From: Vitrella brassicaformis CCMP3155
Lineage: Eukaryota; Protista; Chromerida
Reading direction: 5' to 3'
NCBI GenBank assembly: GCA_001179505.1
Contig: CDMY01000027.1
Location: 62,001 to 126,000 of the forward strand
DNA: 64,000 nt
The notes under the pieces were generated by a model. The model worked only from the letters and a program-made list of their open reading frames with translations, was not told the origin of the DNA and did not search any database. The position numbers were made by a program, and so were the translations under genes. Shown here one piece after another: positions 24,601 through 36,979 of the stretch; within the stretch, counting starts at the first letter, position 1; every line of letters begins with the position of its first letter.

Positions 24601-26677
24601 CTGACAGTGCAGAGCCCGGCGGCCTTCTGGCGGATGGTCATCGGGTCAGACATCGGCCTGGGAGTCGCACTGCAAAAGGCAGAAATTGTGTAAGGGAGGG
24701 AGGGAGGGAGACAAGACACAGAGAGGCGGTATATGTATGTATGTATGTATGTGTGTGTGTGATGGGTGGCAGGTATGATGCCGGTTTCCGCGACGTGTTG
24801 CGTGCGGTGGCTTTGTCGAGTGCGGAGAGCATCGTGCAGGGTGCTGACCTGTCCGGGCTGCGGATGCCGCTGGTGCGGCCGCTGTACTTCGTCGCACACA
24901 AGCTGTGGGAATGGACCCGCGCAAATACCATCGACATGGCCAAGCTCAATATCGCCGCTCACTACGACCTCGGTCGGCCAATGGGCATGGGAGAGAAGGG
25001 GTGTGGGTGGCATTTGGTGTGTCGGGTGTGTGTGTGTGTGCAGGTGACGCTTTGTATGAGCGGATGTTGGATGTGCACATGCAGTACTCGTGTGCCGTGT
25101 GGCAGCCTGGTGAGGGAGTGGGTGCAGGTGGGTCGGTCGGCCAGCCACACTCACAATTCGGCACACATGTATCTGTGTGTGTATCAGGCGACACACTGGC
25201 CGGTGCGCAGCTTCGGAAGATGGACAAGATCGCGCAAAGCCTGGAGCTGAAAGAGGTGAGACATCCCACACACACACAAGCAGTCGCCACATGCCCACAC
25301 ATGCGTGTGTTGTGTTGTGTTGTGTGGTGTGTGGATATGTGTCAGGGCGAGCGCGTGCTAGAGATTGGCTGTGGGTGGGGCGGCCTCTCCAGATATCTCG
25401 CTCAGAAATACAAAGTGAGGGACACAACCGAGCCCTCCATTGCCTCATAGCGGCACGTGCACTTCCCTGTCTGTGTGTGTGTCCGTAGATGCGTGTGGAG
25501 GGCCTGACCATTTCCAACGATCAGCTGAGGGTGGCGCAAGCAAAGGCACACGACGTGCCTGGTGTGTCTTACCACCTGTGTGACTACCGGGACTTCTGCA
25601 ACGACGAAAGGAATCGGGAGAGATTCGACGCTGTGGTCAGAAAGAGACACAGACACACAGAGAGAGAGAGAGAGAGAGACCTGTTGTGTGTGGACGCATG
25701 TGTGCAGGTGAGCATAGAGATGATCGAGGCTGTGGGCTATGAGTACCTGGGCGAGTACTTCAACTGCATCCAAAACGCCCTCAAACCCAAGGGCAGGTGC
25801 CTCGTTCAGGTGAGTCGGTGGGTGGGATTTCCTGACGCACCACTCACGGACGAATGTTGTGCCGTCTGTGTGTGTGTGTGGCTTCAGGGCATATTGATGC
25901 CCGACTACCGGTTCGACAGCTACGTCAACACATCCAACTTCATCAACGTCTTCATATTCCCCGGTAGCCATGCCATGGAGGGGGGCAACAAGGGAGAGAG
26001 AGAGAGAGAGGGGCTTGGCCATCTCCCCCTGTGTGTGTGCACGTGTGTGTGTATACGTTCAGGGGGCATCCTGCCATCGCAGATGGCCATCCTCCAGGCG
26101 GTATGCACCCAGGCCACCCACCCACACATACATCCATCCATCCAGGCAGTGTGGCGCTGCTGTGTGTCCAGGTCAAGAAGAAGGCTCCCACACTGGTGCT
26201 CGTCGGGTGAGCAAGCACCACGGGCCAGGCAGACATTCGCACCCCCAGACAGACACGCCTGTGTGTGTGTGTGCAGTGCTGACGAGATAGGTCAGAGCAG
26301 CTACGGCAACACACTCAGGGCGTGGCGGAACAACTTCGAGGCTAAGGTACACACACACACACACCAGCACACACCAGCGCACCGATGGACGTCTTTCTTC
26401 CTTTGCTGTGCTGCTTTGTGCTGCTGCAGTGGCATGAGATATGTCGCGAAGCCCCAGGTTTTGACGGCAGCTTCCGCCGCGTTTGGAACTTCTACCTGGA
26501 CTATTGTGCCGCCGGTAAGACTCACACACACACACACAGTTGTCCCCTGATGACCCACCCAATGTGCCGTGTGTGTGTCCGGTCGGTCCACCCGCAGGTT
26601 TTGACACATCTTTGATTCTCAACTGTCACCTCATGTTTGAGAAGCGGCTCGGCCCGCAGCACGGCCAGGCCACCTGA
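21689..26677 (+). CDS. Fusion of an FAD-dependent (amine-oxidase-like) oxidoreductase and a SAM-dependent cyclopropane-fatty-acyl-phospholipid-synthase-like methyltransferase, with an N-terminal membrane anchor
   Basis: N half: VVVVGGGITGLSAA, EREGHLGGHAKT, DMGFQICNPRHYPRL, HTDPSYM...WGSWN, GFHEDGF. C half: NIAAHYDLG, MQYSCA, VLEIGCGWGG, LTISNDQ, CDYRD, SIEMIEAVG, FIFPGGILPS, YGNTLRAW, WNFYLDYCAAGF. The frame is continuous through predicted introns. Stop TGA 26675-26677. Confidence 0.9.
23307..23445 (+). repeat. 75-bp-period duplication of an exon 3' end plus donor site
   Basis: gagtgcaaagtgtacatccacacagacccgtaagcacacacac... occurs at 23307 and 23382. Confidence 0.9.
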
Positions 26678-27075
26678 CTGTTTTACGTTGATTGCAGTCA
26701 GTCGATGCGCGTGCAGTGCATGGACATGACATTGGATGGAATAGATAGACGCTTTTGGAGCTCTATAAAGGCTGTTTGAGTGAGTGAATCCACGTCGCTC
26801 ACGTAAATCGTGTTAATCAATAAATTACACAGCATCAGACAGACGCATCACCCCAGAGAAGGCTCGGTCTTCAATCGCTTTCTATGGACAAAGCGCTGCA
26901 CGTCCTCTCTCTCTCTCTCTCTCTCTCTCGCAAGAGAGCAGGGCCGATACGTTCCCTCAAACAAGGCAGGCAGGCGATTCAATCTCTCCGACCAGTCCGC
27001 CTGTGCGTGACGGCACCCGATGCAGATGCCGCTTGAGGGATCTCGTCAGTGGCACCTTGCTGACCTGACACCACA

Positions 27076-27776
27076 TCAGCAGACAGGCAGCAAAGCCACC
27101 TTAGGTTCTTTCTCTCCTCGGCGCTGTGCTGGTCGTGCGGCCTCACTGCCGAGAGCAGTCTCTGGCGGCTCATCCTCAGCCTCGTCTTCCGCGTCTTCCA
27201 CGTCTTCCACTGCACACGTGACACACATCACACCACACACACAATATCGACAGACACTGACTGCATCTTATTCAGCAGCCACGATGGATGCATGGGCTGA
27301 CCAATCCAATTCCGATATTCACGGTCTGACAGTCGCTGGGACGCTGCAGCAGACCAGACAACAAACAGGGCACAGACAGACAGACAGACACCCAGTCTGT
27401 CGAGGCGTGTGGTCGATTGTGTTGCTACAGCCAGCCCGTGCACATACTTACGCTTGCGCAGTCTGACAACAATGGGGTCATCGTGGAATTGGCCGCGGTC
27501 CCGATATTCCTCCATTCCGCCAGGGAGCTGAATCTCGAGGTCATCTACCCCCAGATCGTCCACCCTCACCCAGCACATCTTGAGGCTCATGAGCACCTTC
27601 ATCTGCAGGTCACGGAGGTCGATCGGCGGACCGTGCTCTTCGACGACTGGCGGCTGCATGAGCATCTCGACGTCGTGCTTGGGGTCGTCGGGGAAGAGAC
27701 CGTGCAGCTCGTAGAGTTTCAAATGGCTTTGCGGCTCACACACACGAGTGTGGGTCGGACTGTAACTGTTGCCCAT
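27076..27776 (-). CDS. Small hypothetical protein with MGNS N-terminus (possible myristoylation); 3' exon frame uncertain
   Basis: ATG 27776 gives MGNSYSPTH...IDLRDLQMKVLMSLKMCWVRVDDLGVDDLEIQLPGG. Donor GTAAGT at 27451, then exon PSQRLSDREYRNWIGQPMHPSWLLNK and an acidic last exon. Confidence 0.55.
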
Positions 27777-28371
27777 TTTCCGAAGCCGCTGCGGCACCGA
27801 AGTTGTCGAAGGTAGCAGACCCTGAGAGTCGTGAATGAGGGATGCCACGGCGCGTTACCTCTGTTGGTTTTTTGTTTCTTTCAACGGCATTCGGGCCGTT
27901 CGCTGTACGAAAGACACACAGTGTGCACACGAGTACAACTGTCGTCGCGCGGTCTCTCAGTCAGTCGACATGCATATGCGCACTACTTAACCAAAGAGAG
28001 AATGTGTACAATTCAGTCAGCACCATGCGACGTCATCTCACACGCAGAGACACTGACAGACAGCCGTATGTATGTCTGTGTGTATGTGTGTACGTATCAG
28101 GCAACCTAGGTGCGCCACCACCCTTGGAGCACAAGCAAGCAGCACAGTAAGTGTCTTAATTTGAGCTATCGACAGACATGAGCAAGGAGACCCATTCACT
28201 CATTCGTTCGTGAATGCAATGCACCACATGATATGAACAAACAGCCCAATCGAGCGCAAAAATCCAGCGGAGCACATGCAGGGAGGACTGGCAGCATCCC
28301 ACACACAAACACACAAAAATCCCCCCCCCCCCGAACAGTACAAAACGGCCATATGCGTGTCACTCACTCAC

Positions 28372-29637
28372 TTATGGGATCGTCCCATTCCCCTCACAGC
28401 ACGACGAACACGCATGCAGTGGGCCACCCCACAGCAGCTTCGCCATCCACGCAACCAGCCCTCCCTCTCCCTCTCTTTCTCCCTGCCTCTGTCCCTCTCT
28501 GTCTCTGTCTCTGTCAGTGTCTGAGGTTCCTTCAGGCATGACAACAATCGACACACCGATATCTATGTCGATGGCCACGCCCACCCCCGCTCCCCCAGAC
28601 CACTCATCGTCATCGCATGGGCAGCATCGCGAGCAGATCTCCTCCTCAATCTGTTGCCTCATCGCTCTCACCTTGGCCACAGGCAGGCAGGCAGGCAGGT
28701 ACACACGCACAGACAACACACGGAGAAAGGAAAGAAGGCACTCGATGGATGCATAAACCCCTGTCTGCCAGCCTGCCTGTCTGCCTGTCTGCCTGCCTGC
28801 ATCTTTCCCTCACCGATGAGGCATTGGATGTGCTTCGTTTGACCTCCTCGCTCTCTCCTACACCCTCACCGTGGCCATCATCATGCTGCTGGTCGTCCAC
28901 ATCCGTCTCGTCTCTATCGTTTCCCTCTCCATCCATCGTGTCGATGGACAGCTGCGAGGCGTCGGGGTGGATGTGGGTCGACCCTTCGTCGTGGCGAGGG
29001 GTGTAGGGCTCACTGACGCCCATGGCCCTGAGGGCGCGGATGTGTGTGTGCAGGTAGGCGTGCTCAATCAGTATCCAGATGAACACACTCGCCGCTGACG
29101 TGATGACATGCTGAACACACAGCCAACAGATACATACGGAAAGTGGGCGCCTGCGTGTGTGTGTGGTGTGTGTTGCCGTCCGTTCAGTCGGAGTACTTAC
29201 TGTGCTGTGTTGTCCGCCCAGGACGGCAAGCATGAATGCCGACAGGATGACCAGCAGCAGGGTGTACAGGCAGCTGTGTGCCGCCCTCCTCTTGAGCCGC
29301 AGCAGCCTCACACGGACATCGCCCACACGGCCAATCACCACCACATCATACAACACCTGACACACACACACACACACACACACTCTTGCAGTGAGTGAAC
29401 CCATCAGACACATACACAGATGATACATCGTACTGATGTGGCAGTGAGTGACGACAGGCACAGCAGCACAAACGTGACTGTGCGGTCAGTGCTGCCATTC
29501 TCGGATGCACCAAAGCTCAATGGATAGAGCACCAGCGCCAGCCCAGATGCATAGCTCCCGAGGGACCATGTGGCTGCGAACACAGCGAGGCTGACTTCGG
29601 CTCCTGACGAGCACTTGGGGCTGAAATGAGTGAACAT
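28372..29637 (-). CDS. Hypothetical multi-pass membrane protein (~4 TM) with acidic C-terminal region
   Basis: Hydrophobic exons SLAVFAATWSLGSYASGLALVLYPL, TVTFVLLCLSSL, CLYTLLLVILSAFMLAVLG and SAASVFIWILIE, separated by GT-AG introns. Confidence 0.6.
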
Positions 29638-29848
29638 GCAGGGGTTGACGAAATGGGTCCGCGAAGTGAGAGATCAAGGGATGATGTGGAAGTTGCCCGC
29701 TCTCATGACGGCCACACGGGCACTTTAGCAGGGGCATTGCGGCAAGTTCTGTCGCCATGTTGTGTCGACCAAGAGAGCGGTTTCACTAAACCCCACACCC
29801 TAAAACCCTGGTTGAGGTAGCCCATTGCCCAGCTTCAGATCTCCCAGG

Positions 29849-32103
29849 ATGATACGCCGCCGAAGCATGCTGTTCTCAGCTCGTCTGTCCATTCGGCAGA
29901 TCGATTCTGTCAGTGAATGCCGCGATGCCGTCGGTGTGCTGGAGAGGCATTCAGCAGTGGCGCTGCACTTCGAGGGTGCGCCACTGGGTCGCTTCGGGCG
30001 GCTGCTGTCCGTCCAGGCGGCCCTGCCGTCCACTGTGTTTGTGTTCGACGCCAGCAAGGGAGAGATCGCAAGATGCCTCTGCAGAGTTCTCAGCAACAGA
30101 GAGATCCTCAAGGTGAGCGAAGGTCACACGGGGGAGAGAGGCCGGATGGCTTGATGAATCGTATGGATATGCGTATGTCGATTGACTGATTGATTTGACG
30201 CAGGTGGTGCATGACAGCCGGGATGCAGCGTCGCATGTGCTGCATCACTATGGGGCGACGATGCAGAGCGTATACGACACTCAGGTCAGTCAGTCGGCTG
30301 GGGTCAGACAGGCGGCAGGATGGAGGGGATGGATGGATGGATGGATGGATGAGTGCAGTTGGCTTATGCCCTTCTCTTGGAGAGGCGGAATCTGATACCC
30401 TACCTCGTGAGCGAACACACACATAGAGTGTGTGGGTGACTCCCTCACAGAGTGTGTGGGTGACTCCCTCACCGCCACCTGTGTGTGTGTTTGTGTGTCT
30501 GTGCTGTCAGGCCCCTTTGTCTGAGCTGGTCAAGCTGTACCTGCCTGCAGTCTTCATCAAACACAGGTTGGTAGGTAGGCAGAGATTGAGAGATGAGAGC
30601 AACGTAGACACTGTTGTGCCGCGCGTGTTACTGCATGCAGAATTGACCGGCTCTTGTCTTTTGCCAGCCCGTCACCCATTGCCCCACCCCCACCCAGTGC
30701 GGACACACATCACTTCTCCCTCGACGACTCCCCTGCACCCACACCAACCAGCACCAGCACCACCACCATCAGCAGCAGCAGCAATGAGTCCCACCCCGCC
30801 CATATCCCTGGCATGAGTTGCCACATGGCGCAGCCCCTGTTGCTGGCTCAGGCGGCCCATCGTGTGATCCACCTGCAGGCAGTAATGCGGGCACTGGCCA
30901 TCGATATCGGTGAGGCAGGCAGGCAGGAAGGCAGGCAGAGAGAGGGTGTCGAGCGAATGGATGAGTGTGCGTGTTGTTGTCTTTCAGGTGACCCGACAGG
31001 CGATGCAGTGGTCCATCGAACTGCACAGTGAGTGGGTGGGCACGGACTGCCTGCCTGCCTGCATACCTCTGTGTGTAAGTTTGTTTGTTTGTTTGTTGGT
31101 GTCTGTCTGATTCCCCCCTCTATTGACTTATATATACAGGGCGTGTGCGTCATATCTCGGTCTGAATGGCGATCTCCGCAGTGCCGACCCGCGGCAGCTC
31201 CAGTACGGCAAACACATCGACGCGATGATGGTATGTATGTATGGCCACACTTAACGTACACACAGCTACAGAAGCGCCAGGCAGCTGAGTGAGGGAGGGA
31301 CCTATCTATGTATCTATCCCTTCTCTCTCAGGTCAGCCGACACTCTGGCGCGGCGTTCTTCCGTCTCAACGCACCCATGCGGTAAGGATCGAAACATGCG
31401 ATGCGCGCACATCGAATGCATGCATACACATCGCCCGTGTCTGGCCGTGTGTGGGCATCACGTCACATTCAGTGGTGTGGTGACCTCTGACGATAGTCTT
31501 CGCCATTTCGATGACGTCATGCCGGGCGATGTGGCGGCGTGCGAGGTGCGCGGCCTCACATCGTGCGGGCAGTTCGTGCAGCTGGAGAGAAGGAATGCGG
31601 CCAACCTCTTCTACGACCTGAGGTCAGTCAGTCCGCACACAGACAGACACATCCACCAACAAAAAGGGGCGGCATCGTTTGTGTGAGTGTGTGTTGCAGG
31701 CAGCAGAAGGTCCGCGAGCTGCCAAGCTTGGAGGAGGCACAGCAGAGACGATCACAACCTGACGACAGTAAGCCAGCTGCTCCCCACCGACTTCGCAGAC
31801 AAGCACACCATCTCTCTCTCTCTGTCTGTTTTATCAGGTTCGCATCGCGAGCTCTCCCAGCTGCTGCTGGGCCGCAAGATGATGGGCGACCGGCCGCAGA
31901 CGCCCCCCAACCCCAAAGTGCGGAAGCTGCTGCACCCAGCCATCGAGAAGCTTCCCAAACAGACCAGGGAGAAGCGGTCGGGGAGTGCGCCACAGCCGTA
32001 CCTGGGGCAGCGTGTGTACAAGGCAGGCAAGAGAGGGGCGTTCAAGATCCGCACGAGGCTGCCGAGGAAGACTCACGATGATGATGGGAGGAACAAATTC
32101 TGA
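29849..32103 (+). CDS. EXD1/egalitarian-like DEDDy 3'-5' exonuclease-fold protein (degenerate active site) with a C-terminal S1/OB-like region and basic tail
   Basis: VALHFEGAPLGRFGRLLSVQAA...VFVFD, ILK|VVHDSRDAASHVLHHYGATMQSVYDTQ|LAYALL. Later VMPGDVAACEVRGLTSCGQFVQLER (S1-like). Arg/Ser-rich N-terminus MIRRRSMLFSARLSIR. Confidence 0.7.
30425..30472. repeat. Perfect 2 x 24-bp tandem duplication in an intron
   Basis: agagtgtgtgggtgactccctcac twice. Confidence 0.95.
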
Positions 32104-34214
32104 TCGACGCATGACAGGGTCAGGGAGGGTAGCGGAAAGAAGGCACGCTGAAGAAGGGCACCTACAGGATCAGACGTGTGTGCGTGAAGAGCACACTTGG
32201 TTTGATCCGTTGCGTGGCCTCCCTCAGTGTTTCTTCTCGTTGCCCGTGTGTCAGTGACTGACATGTGTATAATTGGGTTGATGCTTCGAGCTGGTCGAGC
32301 CCAGACGTCGTGTGTACTGACTGATACTTAATCATTGATACCTCCACTTGATCCGTCGCTCTTATGCACCAAAACTGCCTGCGTAAATGACGCGTCACTT
32401 ATCTCTGTGTGCCTATCGGTTCCTCGGCTGTGCCCTATCCATTCATCCCACTATAGCTATCCATGCATCAGAGCTTCACCCACCCTGGCACCACAGCTCG
32501 CCTATCAGCACGCACTGTATCTCCCATTCGCTGCCATACGTACCACACCTAACTGTCTGAAGATGAGATTAAGGGGGCGATTTCGTTCTTGTGTGCAGCC
32601 AATTTGCCCCAAGTGAGGACTGCGTGGGTCAACTTCTCGTACGTCCATTCACGTCATCGGCTGTTCAGCACTCGCAGCGGCGACACGCTGGGTGGGGCCA
32701 TGCGCTCGGCCACCTGAACGCACACATACGCCATTCGTACAAACGAACAACGGATACGTGTACCTATCAGTCAGCGGTCCACTGGGCGGCGACCTGCTCA
32801 GGCAGAGAGGCGTCCAAGGTCTCTCTCTAGTGTCCGTGTGCCTGTTTGTATGTGCCTGCCTGGGGACGTACACACCTGATGAGTGGTCCGTTCGAAGGCC
32901 ACCTTGAGCATCGCCCGGCAGACGGCCGGGATGCCGGAGCCTGATGCCAATGATCACATCAGTCAGTGTTTTGCGAAACGCGAAGAGGGGTCTGGCTGGC
33001 TGGCTGGCTGGCGTGGACCCCGGATCATGAGGCAGCGGAGGGCGGTTCTTCGGCCCGAGGAAGTCCACCGCAGCTTAACCATTCAACAGATTCTGCCTAC
33101 CAATCGACTGACACCCACAACACCACACCGCACACGGATGGGCTGACTGCACCTGCATGCCATACCTCTCTCGGGTGGTGTCCCTGATCCCGTGTGCGCT
33201 TGTTTGGACGACCACCGGCCGACAGATCCCCTTGAATACGTCCACTTGACGATCAGCCAGACTCTTTCAAGTCGCCACCAAACAGCTGCACCACAAAACA
33301 GAGAGAGAGCAGTCATGAACAGCCGGCGTATAGCGTTCTTCTTTTTTCCTTACAGCTTTAGAAGCCAAAGCTGCTGCTGACGGCCTCCGATATGACTAGA
33401 GTGTCCTCCGAGGACTCAAACTTCACGCTGATGGGCCCAGGCTTAACGCCGTGCAGGTGCTGCTACAGTCAAGCTACAGCCGACTCTACAGACGTGCCAG
33501 CAGTGTCTGTAGAGTGCGAGCTCAAGCCCGTTCCATGAACTCGCCTTCCTGTCCTTCTTTCCCCAGTTTCTCTCACTTGTAGGCTTTCCGGTGACACAGA
33601 GGATGCATCCATTCAAAGAAACGAGAAAACGAATTTGCCAGATTCGAGAAGGACACAGATTCGATCCTCACTCGATCAGAGTGGAATTTCGATGCCTTCA
33701 CTCCCTTTTCTTCTTTTTGTGAGTAGCTCTACGGGCTCAGGGTAGCAGGTGTGGGCCAAGGGCATTCCACAAGACAATTTTCCATCTGCGAGCTCCCGAA
33801 GGAGCTCGCAGGAAAGTGCGGAGAATCTCTTCGGGGAATACTCACGGCCTTCATCGATGGTTGGGATGAGCTCAGAGGAGCGCCAAACTCGTCGAAACCT
33901 GTTCCTTCCGAATTGGATCGAGTGAGGGTCGAGTTGCTGCTTTTCTCGAACCTGGCAAATTCGTTTGGCGATTTTATAAAAGGAGTCCTTCATTACTTTG
34001 GTCATAGAGCATCCTACTACAAGACAAAGGTGCAAAGAGCCGGGAAGGCGGATATCGGACCTTCGCCTTGAGCTCGCACGCTGTGCGTGCCCCGATTTGC
34101 CTGTGAGGCTTTCCCCGTAAGTCCTTATCGGCATTCGAGCGCCTCATCTTACTCCCAGCGCGAATCCAGCGTCGAGCGAGGACTTTCACTCAAGCTGACT
34201 TCCCCTCGTGCACG

Positions 34215-36979
34215 ATGGGTGAGTTGCCGCCGGCGTCAAAGGTGTCCGGTCATGAGCTGCGCCTGACCAAGCTGGAGGAGTCACTGTTCGAGCTGCTGCT
34301 CAATGTGGTCAAGGACAAGGGCCTTCAGACCACGTTGCGAGTGGCGGGCGGATGGGTGCGGGACAAGCTGGTGGCCGTCTATCATCCACAGCTGCTGAGC
34401 GAGACGGACACCGCCTCGCCCGACATCGACCTTGCTATCGAGGGCATGTCGGGGGTGGATTTCGTACAACACGTCAATGAGTGAGCGGACGGAGATACAC
34501 GCAGACAGGACGGAATGGCGGAGCAGACACAACGAAAATCCATCCATCTAGATGTGCATCCTTCTGTGTGTGTGTGTGTGTGTAGTTGGTTGGTGGTGAA
34601 AGGTGAGGCCCCGCACAATGTCGGCGTGATAGCAAGGAACCCCGACAAGTCGAAGCATCTCGAGACCGCGACGGTGAAGCTGATGGGTGTGTCGGTGGAC
34701 TTTGTCAACCTTCGCACCGACACGTACACGGAGGACTCACGGATACCCACGATCGAGCCTGGCAAGCCAGAAGAAGGTACACACAATCACACAGAAGGGG
34801 GGAGAAAGGCATCTTGGTTGTGTGCGTGTGAATGGGGTGGCGTCTTGTGTGTATGCCTGTCTGTCTGTCTGTCTGGGTGGGTCAGATGCGCGTCGTCGTG
34901 ACTTCACAATCAATGCCCTCTTCTACAACCTGAACGAGAAGAAAGTGGAAGACCTCACCGGTTAGGGAGGCAGACGAGGCACCGACCGACTGCACCAACC
35001 AAACATACATCCCGTTTCGTCCTCTTCCGTGTGGTATGCGGTGCCTAGGTCGTGGCATCGAGGACCTGCAAGACCGTGTTCTACAGACGCCGCTGGATCC
35101 TTTCCAAACGCTGCTGGAAGACCCTCTGCGTGTACTCAGAGCCATCAGGTGCACAGAGAGACGCCTGCTGCTATCAACACAAGAATAGAGTCACTACGCA
35201 TGTTTGCGTTGATCTTTCTGTGCAGGTTTGCGTCTCGTTTCGGCCTCCGCATTTCCTCTAAGCTCGAGGAAGCGTGCCGCGACGAGCAAGTGCACCAAGC
35301 TCTCAGAAATAAGGTGGCTGACGACTCACCAAGTGCACACACACACACAGACAGCAACACGCGCTTACATAATGCATTCTCTCTCTACGTACATGCAGGT
35401 CTCCCGCGAGCGCATAGGTGCCGAGCTGGACAAGATGATGGGTAAGGGCGACCCTCTTTACGCCTGGCAGCTGATCACCTCTTTCCGGCTGGCCTCCATC
35501 CTGTTCCGCCTCCCCGAGCTGTTTTATCGCTGCGTGAAGCCTTCCTCGCCCACTGGCGTGGTGTCGGAGGCTGGCAACGCTGTGGTGGTTGACACGCACA
35601 GGGTCTTCAGCGATGGCATGCGGACCGTGCAGAACCTGCACAGTATCATAGAACAGTACGCATGGAATGGAAAAGTACTTTAGTGAACGAACGAGGCAGG
35701 ACTGACACGACGCAGAAAGGGAAAAGTGGCTGTATGTCTTTGTGTCCGTGTGTATGTGGCTATTAGGTTTCATAACAACGGTACGCGGTTGATGGAGCAG
35801 TGCGAGGTGGACGAGAAGAGACTGATGGAATATGCGGCATTCCTCGCGCCCTTGGCCGGTCCGAAGACACACACATATACAGACACACACATATACAGAC
35901 ACACAAACAGAAATACTCATACAGAGAAAGAGAGAGACAGGGAGAGGGAGAGGGAGAGGGAGAGGGAGAGAGAGACTCGAAGGCACTCACATCTCCCGAA
36001 CAGAGTAATCCATGAGGACCGCGTCTGCCTGTGTGTCTGTATCTGTGTGCAGGTTTGCAGTACAAGGGCGAGAAGGGTAAATCCTTGCCCGTCATCCCAT
36101 ACCTCATAGGCGACCAACTCAAGCTGCCAAAACGTGACGCAGACCGGTGAGTCCGCGAGTGAGCAGACACGTGCTTTGTTTCTTTCTTATCTATTTGTTC
36201 CTCGCTGTCTGTCTGTCTGTCTGTCTGTCAGTGTCGATCTTATCGTATCGACAGCTTGCAGCTTCCAGCGTCTGGTCGGTGAGTGGGGTAAGCGAGGCAT
36301 CCCACGCCCTCCCTCAATGGCTGCGGATCGCTCCGACCACGAGGGGGCAGCTCAGCCTCATGCTGATGACGCCACACTCGTAGAGGGTCCCGGTTTGTCT
36401 CCATCTGAGCAGCAGTACCGCGTGAATCTTGGCTTGCTACTCAGACGAGCAGGGCAGCTGTGGAAGGTACGTATACACAGCAAGCAACGACCAAGCACAC
36501 GGCACGGAGGTATACTCATGTGTGTAAATCCTTGTGTTGTATCCCCCATTCGTCCGTAGGCATCCCTGCTGGTGGCGATGGCCGACGCTGTCCGTAGAGT
36601 GCCAGCCTCCTCATCCCACGCTACGTGCGACTCTCCCTCCCCGCCCGTCACAACGGGCGCCCCTTCATCTGACGTGCCATCTGTGCCCCTCAACTCAGCA
36701 CAAAGAGATCTCGTATCGGCTTACAAGGCCGTCTATGAGTCTGTCGAGCAGTTCGGTCTCGTCGGTGTGTGGAAGCAGGCCCCGCTTCTCAACGGCAAGG
36801 CGGTCAAGGGGCTGCTGCCTCGTCTGCGAAAGGACAGTGAGTTCAAGGCGATTATGGACAAGCAGATGGAATGGGTGCTAAGCCATCCGAGTGGCACAAT
36901 CAACGAGTGCACAGGATTCATTCACCAAGAATGGGATAATTTCTCTGGGCTGTCTGAGCGCGTGAGCGCGCGTGAGTGA
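34215..36979 (+). CDS. CCA1: Class II tRNA nucleotidyltransferase (CCA-adding enzyme)
   Basis: Motif A LRVAGGWVRDKL...DIDLA. DFVNLRTDTYTEDSRIP loop. DARRRDFTINALFYN. EDPLRVLRAIRFASRF. VSRERIGAELDKM. C-terminal PLLNGKAVKGLL. Confidence 0.95.

Noticed and set aside
29637-29706. Upstream ATG in frame with the membrane-protein gene across a single TGA (possible selenocysteine or readthrough)
   Set aside because: No redox motif around the TGA and no SECIS recognised; better explained as a short uORF or chance.
33751-34071. ORF with AFIDGWDEL, resembling a NACHT Walker B motif
   Set aside because: No Walker A or other NACHT motifs and no splice evidence; probably chance, although a relic cannot be excluded.
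35303-36170. ORFs rich in CVCV, HTHT, PSIH, DGWM or SLSL repeats throughout the window
   Set aside because: They are translations of intronic microsatellites.
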